A stretch of 64,000 nucleotides of DNA from an uncultured Alphaproteobacteria bacterium. GTDB lineage: Bacteria; Pseudomonadota; Alphaproteobacteria; Rhizobiales; Methyloligellaceae. The position numbers and the translations under genes were made by a program. Shown here piece by piece: positions 57,296 through 64,000 of the stretch. Each line of letters starts with the position of its first letter. Within the stretch, counting starts at the first letter, position 1. The notes below the pieces were generated by a model. It had not been told where the DNA came from. It was given only the letters and a program-made list of their open reading frames with translations, and did no database searches. The DNA is taken from NCBI GenBank assembly GCA_963745855.1, contig CAVUZR010000021.1, forward strand, positions 851-64,850, written 5' to 3'.

Positions 57296-58369
57296 ATGAA
57301 AGCAACATTTCGTCTGTCAGTTTTGGTATTTCTTCTCGTGCTCGCCGTACTACCAGGTGCGTTGCGCGGAAGCGGTCCGGCAGTCGCAGGAGAGAGTGGC
57401 GAGCTTGTCGTCCGTGATTGGCCCGGTTATGACGCGGAGGTATTCTGGACAGACTTCAAGAGCAAGCATCCCGATGTCAAAGTAAACTTCGAGATCGGGG
57501 CGTCCGATGCGATATCTACGGCAAGATCAAAGCCGGCAGCCAGGCCGACATTATTCATCCGTATACGGGTTGGCTGCAGCTCTACGTCGATGAGGGATTG
57601 GTCGAAGAGATCGACGTAACCAAGATCGCGAACTGGGACAAGGTCCCCGAGAACTTAAAGAAGATTGGCAATTTCAACGGCAAACAATATTTCATCCCCT
57701 GGGATTGGGGATTCTCGTCCATTCTGTATCGAACCGACAAGGTAAAAGGGACGATCGATTCTTGGTCGGCGTTGCTCGACCCACAATACAATCGACACAT
57801 CTCCATGTAGGACGACGGGCCGTCGGCTGTGGCAGTCTCCGCTTACCTTCATAAGTACGACGAGCGCAATATCACCCCCGAACAACTCGCTGCCATAAAA
57901 GACGAGTGGATCAAGCAGCGAGATTTGAACCTCGTCTACTGGGCTGGTGAGCCTGAATTGGTCGATGCGATGGCCGTCGGCGATGTGTGGCTGGCTTACG
58001 CCTGGCAAGGGGCTTACGCCACGCTAGTGAAAAAAGGCGTGCCGGTCGCGTACGCCAATCCGAAAGAGGGCCGCGCCTCCTGGGTCGGCGTTTATGGCAT
58101 CCGCAAGGGGACAAAGAACAAGGAGCTTGCGTTGAAGTTTATTAACGAGAAGCTTTCCGAGGCAACGGCCAACAATGTGGTCAACTGAGTTCAACTACGG
58201 GGTCGCCAACGGCGAGGTCATGAACAGCATTTCCGATCCCGCGCTCAAGCAAGCCTTTTCGCTCGATGATCCGAGCGTGTTGGAACGGAGCAATTTTACA
58301 CCGGAGCTTACTGCCGAGCAGCGCGACGCGTGGACTTCCACGTGGACGGACGTTAAGGCAGCGCCTTAG
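57296..58369 (+). pseudogene. PotD/PotF-like polyamine-type substrate-binding protein: two frameshifts plus an in-frame TAG
   Basis: Four ORF pieces (57230-57619, 57598-57810, 57829-58188, 58175-58369) are collinear with one SBP. TAG at 57808-57810 replaces the Trp expected in ..HISM-W-DDG.. Frameshifts lie near 57515 and 58186. Confidence 0.75.
57422..57510 (+). repeat. second copy of the 89-nt duplication (inside the SBP gene)
   Basis: See 57178-57266. The two copies differ at roughly one position in eight by eye. Confidence 0.75.
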
Positions 58370-58441
58370 ATCGGCAAGCCAGCGCTGCCGATACGCAGCG
58401 GGGCGGAACGAGCGCGAAGCGGGACAAGCGGGTAGCACGGA

Positions 58442-60106
58442 GTGGAGCGACGGGCAACATTCTGGGCTCTGTCCTTGCCGCCTTTTCTATGGCTCGGCCT
58501 GTTTTTCATAGTTCCACTTATACTCATGTTCGCGCTCAGCTTCCGCGCCGACATGCAGGGCGAACTGTTTAGCATCTCGCCGACACTAAAGCAGTACCAG
58601 ACGATCTTCGCGATCGGCAGTTACTGGCGACTTCTGGGCATCTCTATCGCTATGGCCTTCGGGGTGGCTGTGATGGCGACTGCCTTGGCGTATCCGGTCG
58701 CCTACTTTCTCGTATTCCGCGCCGGGCGCGCTGCAGGACTTTGCCTGATGTTGCTGCTCATTCCGTTCTGGACCAGTTTCCTGCTCCGGGTGATGAGTTG
58801 GAAGTTTCTGCTAGGCTCCGAAGGAGCTATCAACAGTCTTCTCATATATTCGGGGGTCATTGCCGAGCCCATAGGTGGTCTCCTCTACAGCCGCAGTGCC
58901 GTCGTCATTGCGCTTGTCTATGTATGGGTCCCCTTCGCGGCCTTGCCCATTAGCGCCGCTTTGCAACGCATACAGCCCGAACTGGTTGAGGTGGCGGCCG
59001 ATCTCGGCGCCACCTCCTGGCGGCGCTTTTGGACGATCATTTTCCCGCTGAGCTTTCCCGGTGTTCTGGCCGCCTTCTTCATGGTGTTCATCCCGACCGT
59101 GGGTGAGTACGTAACGCCGCTGCTGGTGGGCGGGAGCCGCGGTATCATGTTTGGGAATATCATCCAGGACTTCTTCACCAGGAATGCCAATTGGCCGCGG
59201 GGTGCGGCCCTTTCGGTGGTGATGTTGGCCGTAACGCTTTTATTGGTCGCCTTCGCACGACGCTTCGTTAACGTGAAGGCCGCCAGGATGACAGCAACGC
59301 AGTCTACCATCAGTGAGCAAGGGCGTTTCTCTCTTCTGACTGGATACTTTGTTGGGCTGATCGTGCTGCTTTATCTGCCGCTCGCGGTCTTGTTCCTGTT
59401 TTCGTTGAATGAAGGGACCAGTTTGTCCTTTCCACTCCAGGGGCTGACCCTTCGCTGGTACGAAGAAGTATTCTCCTCCCCCGCACTGCTCCACAGCGCG
59501 CGTAACAGTATCCTTGTGGCGGTGGGGAGCAGCTGCTGCGCAACGGCCTTGGGCACCGCGGTTGCGCTGCTATTGATGCGCTTTAGCTTTCGTGGCGACC
59601 AATTGCTCTTTGCGCTGGCCATGCTTCCGCTGGTTGTGCCCGTCGTCATTCTAGCCGTGGCACTTTTGGTGTTGTTCCTTGCCGCCGGTATTGATCGTTC
59701 ATTGTGGACGGTCGCGATTGCTCACACGGTGGTGGCTTTGCCTTACGTGATCTTGATTGTGGCCGCGGGACTGGCGGGCTTCGATTCCGATCTCGAAGAA
59801 GCCGCCATGGATCTCGGTGCGCCATATGGAAGGGTCATCCTCAACGTTGTGTTGCCGCTCATTGCCCCTTCAATCCTGTCCGCTTGGCTCGTGGCAGTCA
59901 CGGTGTCGCTCGATGAATTCGCTCTAGCCCTGTTCCTCGCCGGAACTGAGCAGACGTTTCCCGTCTATCTCTTCGGCCAACTGCGTTATGCCAGTCGACT
60001 GCCGGTGATGATCGCATTCGCCGTCCTGATGATGATGGGTACGCTGCTCCTCGTCTTGATTGCAGAGTGGATCCGGCGCCGCGGTCAACCGGACACAGTC
60101 CGATAG
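58442..60106 (+). CDS. fused two-domain ABC transporter permease (PotB-PotC-like)
   Basis: 554 aa with two permease halves, each carrying an EAA-like loop (..EVAADLGATSWRRFWTIIFPL.. and ..EEAAMDLGAPYGRVILNVVLPL..). No ATPase gene is adjacent. Confidence 0.8.
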   Translation: MERRATFWALSLPPFLWLGLFFIVPLILMFALSFRADMQGELFSISPTLKQYQTIFAIGSYWRLLGISIAMAFGVAVMATALAYPVAYFLVFRAGRAAGLCLMLLLIPFWTSFLLRVMSWKFLLGSEGAINSLLIYSGVIAEPIGGLLYSRSAVVIALVYVWVPFAALPISAALQRIQPELVEVAADLGATSWRRFWTIIFPLSFPGVLAAFFMVFIPTVGEYVTPLLVGGSRGIMFGNIIQDFFTRNANWPRGAALSVVMLAVTLLLVAFARRFVNVKAARMTATQSTISEQGRFSLLTGYFVGLIVLLYLPLAVLFLFSLNEGTSLSFPLQGLTLRWYEEVFSSPALLHSARNSILVAVGSSCCATALGTAVALLLMRFSFRGDQLLFALAMLPLVVPVVILAVALLVLFLAAGIDRSLWTVAIAHTVVALPYVILIVAAGLAGFDSDLEEAAMDLGAPYGRVILNVVLPLIAPSILSAWLVAVTVSLDEFALALFLAGTEQTFPVYLFGQLRYASRLPVMIAFAVLMMMGTLLLVLIAEWIRRRGQPDTVR

Positions 60107-60476
60107 ACTTGCATGGGGGAGATAGGATGGTCCTCGTCCCGAGCGCACGAAATCTCTATGCGACCATTTCACCCGCTCCTCGAGGCGCGCCGGGTAGCCG
60201 CATCGTCGACCATGGGATAGGTCGATCCCGACACTGGCGCGATCATCCCACCGTAGACAGCACAACGCAGCTGCTGATCCCGCCGCGTACAAAAAAGAGA
60301 AAAGCACGAAGGTTCCTCGAGGGGCTTCGTGCATCAATTGCTACCACCGTCAGTCCCTGCGTGCTCCCATTCGCACGGCCGTTCACGACTTGGCGGTGGT
60401 ATCGACAAGTGTCTCTGGGGTTATTCATCCTTGCAGGCGAGTACCGGCGGGTGCAAATTTATAGTTCGACCTTGGG

Positions 60477-63400
60477 TTGAGCGAGTGGCCTGCCATGAGT
60501 TCGCGAGAGGTCACCAACTGGCTTCAGTCGCACCGGCTCGGCGCCCACGTCGACGTGTTTGCCGAGCATGACGTCACTTGGGTTGACCTCGGGGAACTCG
60601 GCGATCAAGACCTCAGGAAAATGGGTCTCAAGACGAGTGAGAGACGGCGCCTTTTGCAGGCCATTGCCTATGATTACTTGGTCGGGGGTGGTGAGCGCAA
60701 ACAAATCACCGGTCCTCTACTACGATCTCGTCCAGTCGGTCACCTTGTCGAATCTCATCGGTGATCCAGAGGTCTTCCTGGAAATCGTGCGCTCCATACA
60801 CGCTAGGTTCGACGTGCTCCTGTCACGCCTCGGCGGCACCAAATACCAAACGGAAGGTGATGGTGCATGGTATCTGTTCGGTTGGCCGGCCATCGAGGGC
60901 AACCAAGCCGCGCATTCCGCTCACGCTGCGTTGGCCATTATGCAGGCCGCAAGGGAGCTCAAGCTACCCGTTCCAGCTGGCTGGGTTGTACAATTTCGGG
61001 TGACTGTCGCCTCCGACCTCATGGTGATCATGCCGACCGAGCGCGAAAGCGAGGTAGACGGTAGCGGGGAACGCCATACATCTCGCAGCTCGCCTGAAGC
61101 GCAGTTGCCAACCCGGCTCGATCGTTATTGACAGAGCAACCAGGGACCGATTTGGGCGCTCGTTCCACGTCGCTGCGCTCGGGCTCCAATCGTTCGAGGG
61201 GGTCGAAGGTAACGTCGAAGCATTCGTTCTCGGGGTGCCGCGATCGGGGCTGACCACATTCGCGGCCCGAAATGCTGCCCACGCGCGGCCGCTCGTCGGG
61301 CGACATGACGAAATGGAGCAGCTTCGCAAGCAGTGGCTGCTCGCGTGCGAGGGGCAAGGTCAGGTCGGCTTTCTCGTCGGCACTGCTGGCGTCGGGAAAT
61401 CGCGAATGGTGCTGGCTCTCAGCCATCTCGCGGCCGCCGAGCAGCATGGTGCGGTCTTAAGCTACCAATGTTCCGATCTCTACCGAAGCAGCGCACTCTA
61501 TCCGCATCTTGGACCGGTTGCGGCGCGACGCAAGGATACGCCATCTCGATCGACCCGAGATGCAGATCGCAAAGCTGCGCAAGCTCCTCAGGGACCGCGT
61601 AGACACTCCCGCCGTCGACGACGATCTTTGCCGGTACTTGCTCGATATTGAGGTCAGCTCCGCAGAAAATCGCAGACGGGACGACCTAAGGGAGAATGCC
61701 TTTCAGCTGATGATCAAGCAATTGAAGCGCATGACCGCCAGTCGCCCCTACCTCTTGGTGATCGAGGATCTTCAGTGGATCGATCCCACGTCGCGCGAGC
61801 TTCTTGAGGCTATTGTCCAACTGGCAACAGAAATGTCGTTATTCGTACTAGTTACTTCGCGGCCGGGCCCAGCCGAAGAAAGCATGATCGCGGCCATTAG
61901 AGTCAAGCCGAACGTCGCGATCTATCGCCTGGGACCACTCAGCGACGAGCTCAGCTCGGCGATTATAGCCAACGCTTTCGAAGGCATTCATTGCCCTCCC
62001 TCGGTAACAGCGGCAATTCTCAAGCGCACTGAGCCAGATCGCCTTCCTTTCTATCTCGAGGAGCTCGCCCACTTTGTCCGCGACAAGCTGACGCCTCAAG
62101 GCGATCAGTGGAGCGAGGCTGACGCTCTGCAAGCGATCCGTGGCTCAATACCCGTCAACCTCGAGATGTTCTTGCGCGAGTCTCTGGATCGACTGTCGCC
62201 ATCGGCCAAGGTCCTCGTGCAAATCGCCTCTGCGGTGGGCCCGAAGTTTTCGCACGACCTGCTAGAGAGCGTCTGCCGTTTTGAACCGGAAGATTTCGAG
62301 CCTGCCTTCGTCGAGCTTGTCGAGTTACGCTTCATCCACGGATCAGGTGATGCCCAGCCGGTCCAATACGGGTTCAGACACGAGTTGCTTCGCGATGCCG
62401 CCTATCAAAGCATGCTGCGAAGCACCCGCAAGCAACTCCACCAGCATATCGCCAACACCTTGTGCACGTCGCATCCCGAAATTGCAGGCCAGATGCCCGA
62501 ATTCGTCGCTCATCACTGGACTGAGGCAGGAGACGCCGAGCGGGCGATCGAATACTGGTCTGCGGCGGGCGAGCGGGCGACAATGCGATCCGCCGTCAAG
62601 GAGGCCTTCGGCCATTTTCATCGAGCCATCGAGCTGCTCGATCAGATCAAGGATCGGCCGGCCGCCGCCGACACTGAGTTGATGCTGCGAGTGAGGGCGA
62701 GCGGCGTCGAAGCCGCGATCGAGGGCTGCTCGGCCCAGGCAAGTCAGCGCAACTAGGCCCGGATACTTGAGCTTTCGACAAACCTGGATCGTCCGAACGA
62801 ACAGTTCATGGCCCATTTGGGTCTTGCCGATTCTCTCTACGTAAATGGCAAGCTCGATGAAGCCTTGGAGCATGGTCGAGCATGCCTGGACATGGCCGAC
62901 ACGCACGCATTCCGCCGACCAATTCCTGCACGGTCATCGTATCCTGTCCGAGATCAGCTTCTATGTCGGCAAGTTCGCGGAATGCTGCGAACACGCCAAC
63001 GAGAGCATCGCGCGTTACAGAGTGGAGGACCATTATCGCCTGATCGGCGGAATCGGTGACGATCCCAAAGTCCTTTGCCTCATGTATCGGGCCCTGTCGC
63101 ATTGGATCTTGGGCAGGGCCGATCTGTCGATCGCCGATTGCGAGCAGGCCCTCGCGCTCGCCGGCGAGCTGGGCCACGCCTATTCCTCGGCACAGGCCGA
63201 GTTCTACGCGAGCTGGCTCTACGCGCTTATGCGCGACGCTCGTCGCGCCGAGCTCTTCGCCTCACGCGCCATCGCAAGCTGCGAGCAAGGCGGCTTCGAT
63301 TTCTATGGTGGGCTGGCGCATGTGATCCATGGCTGGGCGATCAGCTTCGGGCCTGACCCCGCTGCGGCCATTGCCGAGGTTTCGCTGGGCGTCGAGCAGG

Positions 63401-63795
63401 TGCGTGCTCCCGAGGCCGACATCTGCCTGAGCTGCTTTTTGCCTTGGCTCGCCGAGGTACACTTGCTGGTCGGCAACGTCGACGAGGGTCTGGGCACCAT
63501 GCGCGAGGCGCACGAGCTCGCCGAGGAGACATTCTACGCGGCCGAGCGATGGCGCCTTGAGGGGGACCTTCGCTCGGCGATCGATCTCTCCGGTGCGGCG
63601 GCCTGTTATGCGGAGTCGCTTAAAACCGCACGCCTTCAAGGGAGCGTTGCGTTCGAATTGAGAACGACGCTTAGCATGTGCAAGAACAACCTCTGCGGCG
63701 TTCACGAGCTTCGGCCTCTGCTGGAGCGGATGGTCGACACGCGCGAGGATCATGACTTGAGCGAGGCTCGTATGATGCTGAGCCTCGCCTCCTGA
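60477..63795 (+). pseudogene. SAM domain - class III nucleotidyl cyclase - AAA/STAND ATPase - TPR signalling protein, fragmented by multiple frameshifts and a stop
   Basis: Collinear pieces: SAM (60477-60700: ..VTNWLQSHRLGAHVDVFAEHDVTWVDLGELGDQDLRKMGL..), cyclase (60559-61131 frame: ERKQITVLYYDLV..GDGAWYLFGWP..), P-loop (61235 frame: ..FLVGTAGVGKSR..), the ATPase body (61509-62756) and TPR-like helices (62808-63795). Confidence 0.7.
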
Positions 63796-63863
63796 TGGTT
63801 TTTTTGACTTACGTGCCGGGCTGTTGCCATTTCGGAGGTCGTTAACGGAGGAGTGGTGCGAGA

Positions 63864-64000
63864 ATGTCCCGCTTCACGTGTCGTTCGACCGCGCGCGCAT
63901 TGCTGACGATCGCGGCTGATTACGCGGTCATTGTTGGAGCGATCGCTATTTCCGCCGCCTTGCGGGATAAAGGCTGGCCAGGCCTGGGCTGGGGAACCAC
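63864..64000 (+). CDS. partial ORF running off the window (membrane protein, unassigned)
   Basis: ATG at 63864 after GGAGGAG. MSRFTCRSTARALLTIAADYAVIVGAIAISAAL.. is hydrophobic. Confidence 0.3.
   Translation, partial: MSRFTCRSTARALLTIAADYAVIVGAIAISAALRDKGWPGLGWGT

Overview
GC-rich alphaproteobacterial chromosome segment. A Rhizobiales/Hyphomicrobiales-like origin is inferred from three things: a tRNA-His without G-1 but with G1:U72 and A73, an Irr-type iron control element, and phasins. All family calls come from reading the translations by eye; no search was run.

Layout, left to right:
- 1-7.2 kb: a polysaccharide-modification locus (GT2, GT-B-like, glf-like, methyltransferase) next to tRNA-His.
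- 7.7-15.5 kb: phasin, PAS histidine kinase, an Irr-box-preceded iron-binding protein with a gutted permease, AsmA, and a solute-binding protein with a repetitive tail.
- 15.5-17.0 kb: a roughly 1.5 kb gene-poor stretch holding an unclassified, hairpin-rich, tandemly organised element that ends in a tRNA-Ser-like fragment.
- 17-29 kb: an intact B12-binding radical SAM gene, a mosaic of gene remnants and REP-like hairpins, an exonuclease/ATP-ligase pair, a decayed radical SAM paralog, a second phasin and a proteasome-type peptidase.
- 29.3-34.7 kb: an AT-richer insert that replaced the middle of an ATP-grasp/peptidase operon.
- 35-45.8 kb: MarC, ADH, an RND pump and a DUF1254/1214-channel-HAD group.
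- 46.1-53.5 kb: a six-gene Hyf/Ehr-type complex whose large subunit lacks the NiFe cysteine ligands.
- 53.2-56.2 kb: a phage-derived remnant.
- 56.4-63.8 kb: Crp/Fnr, a decayed PotD-type transporter and a shattered SAM-cyclase-STAND-TPR gene.

Two general points. Many genes are split by single-base frameshifts, several at homopolymer runs, so assembly error and real decay cannot be separated here. No integrase, transposase, CRISPR array or rRNA was seen.

The most interesting items are the Ehr-like complex, the structured non-coding element at 16.3-16.8 kb, and the operon-replacing insert.
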